Of a stretch of 64,000 nucleotides of DNA, positions 14,434-26,737 are shown piece by piece. The DNA is taken from assembly GCF_009914755.1 (NCBI RefSeq), contig NC_060928.1; one strand, written 5' to 3'. Each line of letters begins with the position of its first letter. Position 1 is the stretch's first letter. The notes beneath the pieces were generated by a model, which was given only the letters and a program-made list of their open reading frames with translations, had not been told where the DNA came from and searched no databases. The DNA comes from the human T2T-CHM13v2.0 reference genome, Homo sapiens. The position numbers and the translations under genes were made by a program.

Positions 14434-15228
14434 TCAATGAAAGCAGACAAGAGCTATATTTGCATGTGTATAATCAAGTTCACTAAATTGGAGAAAAATA
14501 TATAGACTGAAATTAGTGAAATGGTTGAGATAGTTTTGTGAATTAACATGATACCAATATAGAAACTGGGCAGAATTTTCCACTTTCCAGACACTAGTTA
14601 GCCTACTTGGCGAACATAAATCTTAAATGAAGGATTAGGTCAATAAACCCTTCAGCAGACAGACAATGCTATTGCTCTCAGCCCTGCCTCTCACCCTACA
14701 GACTGGAGAACAATACCTTATCTTTGTCAGATCCCTACAAATTTCCACACATTATTTCATGCAGCCAGCAAAAAGGGTTTCTGAATTAGATCGGGGAGGA
14801 ATTATTGTCTCCATTTTGCAGATGATGAAACCGAGACACAGACATTTGGGTACAAGAAGAGAGGCAGCAGAAAGTAGAATTCAGGTCTCAGTTTGCTGGC
14901 TTCTTGACTCTGCTGTTATCAGGCACTTTTGCTTGACTATATAATGTCCACACTCTCTGCTTTGTCCCTCTCGACATTCTACAAATTTTGTTCACTCACT
15001 CATCTTCCTATACTTATCCATGAGTCTGACAAGGTGGGTCCCACTCCCCCACATGTAAAGCCAGTTTTGGGAAACATTGAAGGAAAGGGGATGCTAAGTA
15101 AATCTGTCTAAGTAGTGGCTCTTGGAGGCATTCAGGTGTAGTGCTTCAGGCTTCCTGTGGCTGTGTCAGCAGTGGCCCTGACCAAGAACCTAGGGGGGCA
15201 CATAGAAGACTTGTGTCTTGGTCTAGGG

Positions 15229-15417
15229 CAAGGGTTCTTAAATTTGAATGGGCATCAGAATCACCTGGAGGGTTTACTAAAACATGGATTTCTGGGCCCC
15301 ACACCCAGAATTCCTGATTTCATAGGCCTGGTGTGGGCCTGAGAATTTGCATTTCTAACAAGTTTCTAGGTGATGCTGATGCTGGTGGTCTAGAAAACAC
15401 ACATTGAGAACCGTTGG
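15229..15417. mobile_element. MER5A (hAT-Charlie)
   Basis: gcatcagaatcacctggagggttt...gaatttgcatttctaacaagtttctaggtgatgctgatgctg...ttgagaacc. Confidence 0.85.
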
Positions 15418-15479
15418 TCCTAAGGAGGAGTGGGTCTTAACTTTGAGGATTAACTGAGGAGTTTTAAAAATTCCAAAGC

Positions 15480-15650
15480 ATAGCCGAGTGTGGTGTGCAC
15501 CTCTGTAGTCCCAGCTACTCAGGAGGCTGAGGCAGGAGGATTGCTTGATTGAGCCCAGGAGGTTGAGGCTGCAGTAAGCCATGCCAGTGTCACTGAACTC
15601 CAGCCTGGATGACAGAGTAAGACTCTGTTCCCCCGCTCAAAAAGCAAAAA
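15480..15650 (+). mobile_element. Alu right monomer (FRAM-like or 5'-truncated AluJ) inside a second MER5-like element
   Basis: tagccgagtgtggtg...gaggattgcttg...gaggctgcagtaagccatg; TSD aaaaattccaaagc. Confidence 0.8.
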
Positions 15651-16009
15651 AAATTCCAAAGCCAAGGCTGCACTCCAGATCAATTTCATCTGAATCTCAG
15701 AAGGGGACCCAGGCCTAGTAGTTTCTAAAGCTTCCTAGGTGATCATGGTGTATACAGAAATAACTCTAGGGAGTTTAGAAGGCCTGAGTTTAAGGCCCGC
15801 CTGTGACTGAGGGGTGGTGGTTGGTGCAGTAGATCAGTGATTCTGAAATATGTAAGGGGAAATGCTGTCACATTGTACAACTCTTTGTGAGCAGATATCA
15901 AACTTGCACTCAGTATAGTCCTACTATTTTATCCATTGTGAAATTTCAAAAACTCAATAAGCATGTGGGATATTTACATTTGTTCCAAGAAAGCATGAAC
16001 GGTGGCATG

Positions 16010-16460
16010 CAGGAAAGAGTGTACATAGCAGGCTTGATGTGGCTGGTTCGATGGGCTTGCTTTGCAGTAGACCATTGGCTGGCCTCTGGGAACTTGGCTT
16101 TGGAGTATTCCCTATGTTATTAACTGATAAGACTGTTTTGTGTGCCTAGGGCACTGTACCAGCTTGCTAGACTTTGTATTCTGCTTTCTTTAGTGATCAG
16201 ATGCCTGGGTGACCAGCCCCCCCGTGAAAACCTTGGACACTGGGTCTTAAGTGTGCTTTGTTAGGCAGAAACACTTCACATACATTGCTGCATTTCATTG
16301 CTGGAGGAAGGAGCACATTCTATATGATTGTCCCCTTGAGAGAGAGAACACATAAAGCACACTAAAGCAAGGATGCAGGTACAACTGCCTCCAAGTCCCA
16401 TGAGTCCTTGCAGCCAAGTCACCAAATGGGTGGGTGTTTGTGAAATGTCCAAAATAGATG
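16010..16460 (+). mobile_element. MER21/MER68/MER77-group LTR
   Basis: gtgaccagcccccc..aaaaccttggacactgggtct...aacacttcacatacattgctgcatttcattgctggagga; boundaries approximate. Confidence 0.55.
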
Positions 16461-16504
16461 GGTGAAGTTTTTGTGTAAAATTAGAGATAACTTTTTGTAT
16501 GGAA

Positions 16505-17045
16505 TGTAGACAAAAATAAGATTTCAGGGGCCTCTAAATTTATTATGCTAAGGAAGAATTAAGCCCTGGAGATTGAGTCACAGAGCAGTTTTGCAATTCT
16601 GTGTCTTAGATGATAGATTAACTCACTTCTTCATTGTTCTTATTCTGTAACTGACTAGGGGAGACCAGAGACCAGGCCCTCCCCATTCCGGTCAGTGATC
16701 TTTGTTATAGATTAACTGCCTCCTTTATTGTCCCATTCCTAACTCCGACTAGACACTGCAAAAGACCCCATGACTGCTACACCTTCAGTGTGAAATGTTA
16801 CATATACATTTCCTGAAAGAAAAAAGACTACTTAAACTAATTAGATCATTGTAACTATACATTAAGCCTTATATAGGAAGATGTTAAACTTTGTCTACAT
16901 AAACAATCTCAAACTTCTACCCTTTGAAACACCGACTTCCATTTTTTGGAATTTGCCTTTCCTGGGTGGCTATCCTTAAACAATTGCGCTTGAATAAACT
17001 CTCTTTAAACTAGATTCTGACCCTTTTGATTATTTTAAGTTGATA
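16505..17045 (+). mobile_element. MER4-group ERV1 solo LTR
   Basis: tgtagacaaaaataagatttc...attgtaactatacattaagccttatata...ttgaataaactctc...attattttaagttgata. Confidence 0.65.
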
Positions 17046-17709
17046 TAAACATATACTGAGGAGACTTTATATGTAGCCATGCATGTTTAAAGATCTTCTG
17101 TATGTGAAATAGAATCCAGTTAACAGAATTAGAAAGAGGATATTAAGCAAATTTGACAGTCCTAAAATCACAAGAAGAATGAAGATAGAACCTGAAAACG
17201 TTTGCGCAGACAGTGGAGAATAACATCATCTGCGGGGAGACTCAGTGATGGATAGATGGCTTTACTGAACCTGGGAACTCGTACCTCCTGCTGGCGTGGC
17301 CATGAACACAGTGGATCAACTAAAAGCTCCTGAATTCTTATTGCTATCCTATGCTGTTTCTCACCATTCCTGCATCTATATGTGATCGCAGAGCCTGCTT
17401 TATAACTCATCAGCTACCATAGCAGCTGACTTTTTCTGCCACACTCTCAAGAGTCAACAAAGAGAGGCCAAGCATTCTCCCCCACTCCCCACTGAGAGAG
17501 TAGGATTGAAGGAGAGAGTGTGAACAAAGGGTCTCAGAAGGTTGAGAACCACTGAACTAACATTCTCTAAGGATCATGATGACCCTGAGATTCTATGATT
17601 CTGAGTCCAAGCATTCTGAGTCTTGGTTCCACATCTGTAAGATGGACACACCCCTGTTGACTCACAGCATTGTTGGGAAGATTGGCAGAAAGTTCTAAAG
17701 AATAATGGT

Positions 17710-18046
<337 letters not shown>

Positions 18047-19204
18047 TCATCCATTTTACAGAGGAGGAAAAGGAAACACAAGCCATAACTTGGCTCTTTT
18101 GTTCAGTTAAAGTCAGAGTCAGGACTAGAATGCAAGTCTCCGGACCCCTCTGTTTGGCCATTTGCATGCATGTTAAAGTTCTTTATTAACTTTTTGCTGC
18201 TAGGCAAATACAGTCAAGTGTGCTATGTTATATTGAGTGCCTACTGTGTGCTAGATGCTTTATGTATATCATCTCTTTTACTCCTTACAGAAATTAAAGA
18301 TGGGAACACTCAGAGACATACAGGACTACTTAAGGTCTATATCAGTCCTGAGTTTAAAACTCAGATCTAAGTTCTCAATCATTTTCTCTCATGTAATCTT
18401 TGCTGCAGTAATAATAAAATAAATAGCATTTCCTGAGTGTTGACTATATTCCAGGCACCATAGCAAGCTCTTCATGAATTATCTTATTTAATCCCTGCAA
18501 GAATGTTAGCATGAATCGTGATCTCATCAGCTGATTTCATCCATTCCTAAGGCAGCAGAGTCTCTGTTAAATCAGTGCTGAGTGTGTGGTAAATTATTAA
18601 ATCTCAGTGCCAGTCCTAGGATTCTGAGACCAAGCCAAATGCTAGTGATTAAGATTATAACTCTGATTTAGGACAGTGTTGAGGCTAAAGCCATTTGTAA
18701 CTGGACAGTCAAGTCTACACTGATCAAAATCAGCCTCTGCCCCAAGTACTCTTGGAAATGATGGTTTTCATTTCATTCTCAAACTGCTAAGTTGTAAGAG
18801 TTTGGTAGTAACATTGATTTGAGTTTGAATCCTAGCATTGATTCTACCAGGATTCATGCAAGTTATTTAATCTTTCTGAGCCAGCTTCCTCATTTACGTA
18901 ATGGGGATATATACAACAGAAACTGCCTTCTTAAATATTCAAAGTATTTAATAACTAGCCCAGCAAAGACACCAAGCTATTAGTGTGAAAACCCCATGGA
19001 AGTTCCCTGCTGAGCTGAATAACCAGAGCAGGGCAGTTCAGGGGGTCTCTGGGGAAGGTTCAGGGTAGTGCTGCTGGTCTAGCCTTTCCTCTCCGTTTGT
19101 CATGTTCTGCACAGATGGATGTGGCAGTGAACTTGGAGTGGGTGGGGAGGATTTTGGAGACTGAGACAAGAAAAAAAGAAAGCTAGGAAGTTGGTGAGAG
19201 GATC

Positions 19205-19568
19205 TGATATGGTTTGGCTCTGTCCCAACCCAAATCTCATCTTGAATTGTAGCTCCCATAATTCCCATGTGTTGTGGGAGGGACCTGGTGGGAGGTAATT
19301 GAATCCTGGGGGTGGTTGTTTCCCATGCCATTCTTGTAATAGTAAACAAATTTCATGAAATCTGATGGTTTTATAAAGAGGAGTTTTCCTGCACAAGCTC
19401 TCTTGCCTGATGCTATGTAAGACATGACTTTGCTCCTCCTTTGTCTTCCACCACGATTGTGAGGTCTCCTCAGCCATGTGGAACTGTGAGTCAATTAAAC
19501 CTCTTTCCTTTATAAATTACCCAGTCTCAGGTATGTCTTTATTAGCAGTGTGAGAACAGACTAATACA
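19205..19568 (+). mobile_element. THE1 (THE1B/C-like) solo LTR
   Basis: tgatatggtttggctctgtcc...gagaacagactaataca; TSD ggatc/ggagc. Confidence 0.92.
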
Positions 19569-19739
19569 GGAGCCCACGAGGCCCACAAATGTGGAAGTTC
19601 TTGCCTCAAATCACCAAGAGGAGGTTGCAGCTGAAACTAAGAAACTAGAAGTAGTGGAGGACAGTGACTCTGTTGAGTTACCACTATGTACTAAGCATGT
19701 TTTAGAGGGTAGTTCTAAAAGAGAGAGTGGTTTCTAGAG

Positions 19740-19950
19740 GTAGATGTCCTAAGTGTAATGTTTGTTCCATCACTTACTTGCTGTGTGGCGTAGAAAAGTT
19801 TCCTAGCCTCTATGTGACTCACTTTTTCCATCTGTAAAATGGGAATAATAATAGTACATGTCACATTTAGAAGTGAGAATTAAATGCTGAGTAAAATGCT
19901 AAGAACAGTATCTGGCAAAAACAGGGCACTTATATGTGCTGACTATTAAT
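19740..19950 (+). mobile_element. MIR SINE
   Basis: cacttacttgctgtgtgg...catctgtaaaatgggaataataatagtac. Confidence 0.7.
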
Positions 19951-20629
19951 ATTATAATTAATATTATATCTGAACATTTTATTTCTTTGATTATATCACA
20001 GATTTTATATTATGGTCTCCATTTCATAGATGAAAAACTCGAGGTTCAGAAAGATAAGGCAAGATAAGGCCTGATTCGGGGTTAGAATCCAAATCTTTCT
20101 GATTCCAAATTCAAACTCTCTCCCCAAGTCTTAGGAAAAAGTGGTAAATCATGCTACATAATATGAGATATTAATGAAAGTGTTCTGATGATGTATATGA
20201 CAACCAGTTCATAGTATCTGACCACGTGCTATTAAGTAAAAACACAGAACAAAAACAAAGGCTCAGTGCAGCTTACTAATTCTTGTGTAAAGGGGGCATG
20301 GGAAGACAGGTAGACGTGTTCTGGAGGAAGTTTGTACCAGCTTGTAAGGACTGATTGTTAAATTTTCAGGATTTGTTCCGGCTAGTTGGCATACACATGG
20401 TATTTTGAAATTGACATGGTAAGGAATATTTACGCTACGGAAACAGGCAAACACTATGTTGGAAAGATAAAAACTACTACAGAATGGTAAACTACGAAAG
20501 AGGGCAGATGGGGTAGAATAAGGGGTAGAAACAAGATTTTTCTGGGTAGAACTTTCTATATAGTGCAAATGTATTACCATTAATAAAATCTAAAAATAAA
20601 AATACCTCAAGTCAAATACCAAAGTCAGA

Positions 20630-21635
20630 TACCAAACTGTCATCAGAGTGAACAGACAATCTATAGAATGGGAGAAAATTTTTGCAATCTATCCATCTGA
20701 CAAAGGTCTAATATTCAGAGTCTACCAGGAACTTAAACAAATTTACAAGAAAAAAAATAAACAACCTTATTAAACAATGGGCAAAGGACATGAACAGACA
20801 CTTCTCAAAAGAAGACATTTATTCAGTCAACAAACATGAAAAAAAGCTCAACATCACTGATCATTAGAGAAATACAAATCAAAACCACAATGAGATTACA
20901 TCTCATGTCAGTAAGAATGGTGATTATTAAAAAGTCCAGAAATAACAGATGCTGATGAGGTTGTGGAGAAAAAGGAACACTTTTACATTGTTGGTGGGAG
21001 TGTAAACTAGTTCAACCATTGTGAAAGACAATGTGGTGATTCCTGAAAGATCTAAAGGCAGAAATACCATTTGACCCAGCAATCCTGTTACTGGGTATAT
21101 GCCCAGAGGAATATAAATCATCCTATTGCAAAGATACATGCACACATACGTTCACTGCAGCACTATTCACAATAGCAAAGAGATGGAATCAATCCAAATG
21201 CCCATCAAGGATAGACTGGATAGAGATAATGTGGTACATATACACCATGGAATACTATGCAACCATAAAAAGGAATGAGATCATGTCCTTTGCAGACACA
21301 TGGATGGAGCTGGAGGCTATTATTAGCAAACTAATGCAGGAACAGAAAACTAAATATCACATATTCTTACTCATAAGTGGGAGCTGAATGATGAGAACAC
21401 GTGGAATCATTGTGGGTGGGGAGGAAAAATACACACTGGAGCCTGTCAGAGGATTGGGGATGGGAGGAGGGAGAGCATCAGGAAGAACAGACAATGGATG
21501 CTAGGCTTAATACCTGGGTGATGGGATGGTCTGTGCAGCAAACCACCATTGCACACATTTACCTATGTAACAAACTGGCACATTCTGCACATGTACCCCT
21601 GAACTTAAAATAAAAGTTGGATATTTTAAAAAAGA
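20630..21635 (+). mobile_element. L1PA15/16-like 3' fragment (ORF2 end and 3' UTR)
   Basis: gaatgggagaaaatttttgcaatctatccatctgacaaagg...ggaatactatgcaaccataaaaagg...gaacttaaaataaaagttg. Confidence 0.9.
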
Positions 21636-22136
21636 ATACATGATTAGAGAGAGAGAGAGAGACAGAGAGTTCATACACACATTCACACATGCATCCACAC
21701 ATGTACATGCATTGTTTATTGTAGCTCTTACCATGGAAATAGTAGCAATGAGCACCTCTAGAATCCATATTATGATCACTAATTCAATTCCACAGTGAAA
21801 GGAACTAGAGATTCCTAGAAAAATGGCAAATTTCAGGTCTGAGGCAATCACCCCCCTCCCCCCAAAAAAATGATAATACAAGATGAACTAAAGGCCTTTC
21901 ATTGTGCTAAAAAGCAAAGAAACTTTCAAAGTTTACTACTGTAACATAAAAAAGACCCAGGAGCCAACTTACAAAGTGTCATGAAATGTTATGAGAATTT
22001 GAACATAAAAACAGTAATAATTGTAATAGATTTAAACATTCAGTCAATAAAAATCCACAAGTCTATAGTAATATTTAGAAAATGAAAAGAAAACCCCTAT
22101 TTCTTATCATTTTAGGCAGTTTAAAACAATTGATTA

Positions 22137-22462
22137 CAGTCTGCCCTTCATATTCATGGGTTCTGCATCTGCGGGTTCAACCAACTGCAGATTGAAACTA
22201 CTTGGAAAAAAAATTCACAAAGTTTTAAAAAGCAACACATTGTTTGCTACATGATGAGTATTACATTGAATTCACGTAAATTAAGTGATGTGGCAGCATT
22301 ATATCAGATATTATAATATTCTAGAGATGATTTGAAGTATATGGGAGGATGTGTGTAGGTTACATGCAAATACTATGTCGTTTTAACGGACTTGAACATC
22401 CAGTGATTTTGTTCTATCAGGGGTCTTGGAACCAGTCCCCCACAGAGAATGAGAGAGAACTG
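22137..22462. mobile_element. MER2 (TcMar-Tigger non-autonomous)
   Basis: TA-cagtctgcccttcatattcatgggttctgcatc...ggaaccagtccccc...aactg-TA. Confidence 0.85.
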
Positions 22463-22854
22463 TACTTTGAAAATTGGTAATTACATGGATAGTGTTAAGC
22501 AAGTATCTTTCTTTTCCAGTAGAATCTATGCTTTGGTGTTACTAAATAGCCCTAGTTAAGATATAAATCTCCAGTGTATAAAAGAACATCAGATTAAGAT
22601 ATAAATATCCAATGTATAGGTAAATAGGAAAGGAGTGATTGAATTTTTAAAAACTTTAATTTATAAACCCTCTTGACAATATTGTTTGGAGCGAAAAGTT
22701 TCCATAGATGTTAAAGTCATTAGATGAACATTTGATGGACAACTGGATGTTTGAATAATGTCAATAAACACCACATAGGTTGCTTTCTGGATGCAGGTGA
22801 AAAATGACAACTAAAATTGAGTTCAGTAGTATTCAATCTTAGCTTCCATAGTGG

Positions 22855-23250
22855 TGTTTATTAGTTTGCTTGGGCTGCCTAACAAACTACAAACTACCAC
22901 AAAATGGTTGGCTTAAACAACAGAAATTTATTTTCTCACAGTTCTGGAGGTTAGAAATCTGAGATCAAGGTGTCGGCAGTTGTTTCCTCCTGGGGCCTCT
23001 TTCCTTGGCTTCCAGATGTCCACCTTCTCATGTCCTCACATGGTCTTTACTCTATGTGTCCAGGTAACTGTGTTCGTATTTCCTCTTCTTTTAAAGACAT
23101 CAGCTACATTGAATTAGGGCCTAATGACCTCATTTTAACTCAATTATTTCTGTAAAGACCTTATCTCCAAATATTCCAAGTATTCTGAAGTACTAAGGGT
23201 TAGGACTTTAACACACGAATTGTAGGGGTTCACACTTCAGCCCATAATGG
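22855..23250 (-). mobile_element. MLT1B-like LTR
   Basis: ttagtttgcttgggctgcc...cttaaacaacagaaatttattttctcacagttctggagg...ttcagcccataa. Confidence 0.85.
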
Positions 23251-24216
23251 TAGGTTAAACAAAGAATATGTATTTTTGAATATGATGTGATGCAACATGT
23301 AGTATACTACAATATCCATCATGTGTTCTAGTCAAAATTATCTAAATTAATTACATCAAGTTTACAGGAAATACAAAGAATAAAGGAACAAGCTAAATAA
23401 TACCCCTAGGAGACAACCAAACAAATTCACCAGCTGGGACAATCTGCAGGACGACGTGTCCAGTCTTTTTAACAAGTAAGATTTTTTTAAGTAATAGGAA
23501 ATGCTTACAAATAAAAGAGACTTAAAGGAATAAACAGCATGAACTGTGCTGTATTGGATTGGATATTGTTTTAAATGATTTAGATGTAAAGATTGGGGGT
23601 TAATTGAGGATATTTGAATATTGCCTGGATAGTGGAGAAAAAGGAACTTTACCAAATGGAAAGGTAATAATTATGGACCCAAAACATTAAGTACCGTATA
23701 ATTTTACATTGATTTTAAAAAGGGCTCTTTGCTTCTGACCAAGACAGGAAAAAAGAGATCAAATTTACCCTGTAGCCTGAAACAACCAAAAAAACGTAAC
23801 AAAATATATGAAACAATGATTTTTGGAACACTGGACATTAGAAAAATAGTGACAGTGATCTTCAAGAGACAGTAAACACAATAAAGTGAGCCCAGCTTCT
23901 CCAGCTTATTGAATTGAGGGGGTTTCCAGGCTGTAACATAGTGGGAGAGAACCCAGGTAGAGCCTGGCAAACTTCATGAGTTGAGGAGATGAATAAATGA
24001 GGTAATGAAGCTTAGAGTCTAAGAAGATCAAAGCAGGTAGAGTTCACAAGATAGCATACCAGAGAGGAGACAGCTGCACACAGAGAGAAAACCAGAGAAC
24101 TGCAGAGGGACTCCCACTTAAGTATTCAACAGAATTCTGATCAATGCATATTTGTGAGGAAAGTACCTGAGGCCTCTAGGGGGGCGGGGGGGAACAAACA
24201 CTGGAAAGGTTTAAGG

Positions 24217-24436
24217 CAGGGATGTCCAATCTTTTGGCTTCCCTAGGCCATATTGGAAGAAGAATTGTCTTGGGCCACACATAAAATATGCTAAAACAAA
24301 TGAAAGCTGATGGGCTAAAAAAAAGTTGCAAAAAAAACTCATAATGTTTTAAGAAAGTTTACAAATTTATATTGGGCTGCATTAAAAGCCATCCTGGGCT
24401 GCATGTGGCCCATGGGCTGTGGGTTGAACAAGCTTG
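24217..24436. mobile_element. MER30 (hAT-Charlie)
   Basis: cagggatgtccaatcttttggcttccct...gggttgaacaagcttg; 8-bp TSD gtttaagg/gtttaggg. Confidence 0.9.
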
Positions 24437-25687
24437 GTTTAGGGAAATCAGTGCCTGGAGCTCAGAGAGGATCAGAATACTGTATGTTCCCACAAGTCAA
24501 ACTGGAAAAACCTCATGATTCATAGGCCACTGGGTGGAGTACATTGAAGGATTTTGCCTTAGTAATCGCTAATAAATAAGCCTAGACTGAGCATTGTTCT
24601 TGTCATATATTAGTAAACATTAAAAGCAATACTGGGGAAAAAAAGCAATACTGGAAAGGATCAAACTATTTTAAGTAAATTAACTGTGTCCTGCAACAAA
24701 GTTCACATATATTTATATAAATACAAAAACATCCACCACCACACAGGGTAAAATTAACAATGTCTGGCATCTAATCAAAACTTATGAGACATGCAAAGAA
24801 ACAGAAAAATGTGATCCATAGTAAGGAGGAAAGACAATCAATAAAAACCAATAGAACTGACAGAGATGTCAAATTAGTAGAAAAGAACATCAAAACAGTT
24901 GTAACAGCATTCTGTGGGTTCAAAAAAAATTAACTACAGACATAAAATATATAAAAAAGACCCAACATAATATTCTAGAAATAAAAACTACAATGTCTGA
25001 GATAAAAAATACACTTGACAGAATTAATGGCAAATTAGATGTTGCAGAATTAAAGATTAATGAACTTGAAGACACAGTGATAGAAACTATTTAAAAATAA
25101 AACATGGAGTAAAGGGTGAATGATAGTAATAAAAAAGATGAACAGAGCATCATTAAACCATGCTACAACTCCCCTGGCCTAATATATGTGTAATTAGTCC
25201 TGAAGAAAAGAAGAGAAAGATAAATAGATCAAATAGTTAAAGAAATAATGGCTGGAAAATGTACAAATTTGAGTGAAATCTGTAAATCCACAGATCCAAG
25301 AACCTCAATGAACCCAAAGCACAAAAATTATGAAGAAAACAGCATAAAGATGTACCATTGTCAAATTGCTCAAAGCCACAGGTAAAGGGAAAATCTTAAA
25401 AATATCCATACAAAAAAGATAATTTATATTTAGAGGAACAAAGTGAAGAGTGACAGAATTCTGAAGAAAGAATGCAAGTAAGAAGACAGTGAAGCAACAA
25501 TTTGTCAATACTAACCCCTCAAAAAAAACTGTTAACCTAGAATTTTACATTCAGAAAAAATTGTAGAAAACAAAGGCAAAGTAAAGACTTTTTCAGATAT
25601 TCAAATGCTAAAAGAAGTTACAACCAGCATACCTATACTATGGGAAATACTTAAAGGAAGTCCCTTAGGCAGTGGAAAAATGATAAC

Positions 25688-26737
25688 AATTTACGAATGG
25701 GAAACTTGTTTTAAGAAAGGATGAGACAATGTTGAAGATAAAGTCCACAGCAGACAAGACAATGTTGAAGATGAACTCTACAGTGGCAGATCACCCACAT
25801 CAATTTGCAAGAAAAAAATTCATCTTTTTTGTGTTCTAACTGAAGAAGACCAGAAATCAATAGCAGAAACAAGAGCCAACATCATAGACATCTCAATTGG
25901 TTCAGCTTACACTATTCTGACTGAAAAATTAAAGTTGAGTGATCTTTCCACCCAATGGGTACCAAAACCACTGTGTCCAAGTAAGCTGTAGACAACAGCA
26001 GAGCTTTCAATGGAAATTTTGGGAATTGTAAACAAGTGGGATTAAGATTCTGAAACCTTTCTTTGAAGAATTGTAAGAAGAGATGAAACAAAATTGTAAC
26101 AAGAGATGAAACTTGGCTTTACCAGTACAATCCTGAAGACAAAGCACAATCAAAGCAATGGCTACCAAGAGGCAGAAGTAGCCCAGTCAATGCAAACGCT
26201 AACTGGGCAAGAGCAAAGGCCATGACAATAGTTTTTTGGAATGTTCAATGTGCTTTGCTTGTAGGCTTTCTGAAAGCCCAAAGAATGATAATATTTGCTT
26301 ATTATGAGAGTGTTTTGAGAGTTAGTCAAAGCTTTAGCAGAAGCAGGGAACCTTCACCAAAGAGTTCTTCTCCACCACGACAATGTTCCTGCTCATTCCT
26401 TTCATCAAACTAGGGCAATTTTGTGAGAGTTTCAATGGAAAATCATTAGGCACTCACCTTACAGGTGAATGATTTGGGTTATTCTTTTATTTTTTCATTT
26501 CTTAATCTTAAAAAATTTTTAAAGGACACCCATTTTTCAGCTAATCATTTAAACAAAGATGGCATTGACATGGTTAAATTCCCAGGACGCTCAGTTCTTT
26601 AGGGCTATACTAAATGGCTGATATCACTGCTTACAAAAGTGTATTGAACTTGATGGATCTTATATTGAGAAATAAAGTTTATATTTTTTATTTTATCTTT
26701 TATTCAAGTTTTCTGTGAATTTTTTGAGATCCTCTCA
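25688..26737 (+). mobile_element. HSMAR2 mariner, 5'-truncated, decayed transposase
   Basis: Reads DETWLYQYNPEDKAQSKQWLPRG..., MTIVFWN..., LLHHDN across frameshifts; 3' TIR-like ...gaattttttgagatcctctca followed by TA. Confidence 0.9.

Noticed and set aside
19038-19494. Three overlapping minus-strand ORFs
   Set aside because: All derive from the THE1 LTR.
22550-22620. Short imperfect direct repeats (also 24625-24655, 20608-20636) as a CRISPR-like or functional array
   Set aside because: Only two copies each, within old L1 sequence in a mammalian genome; ordinary slippage duplications.
26222-26413. SETMAR-like mariner ORF
   Set aside because: Frameshifted HSMAR2 relic with no SET domain or exon structure.
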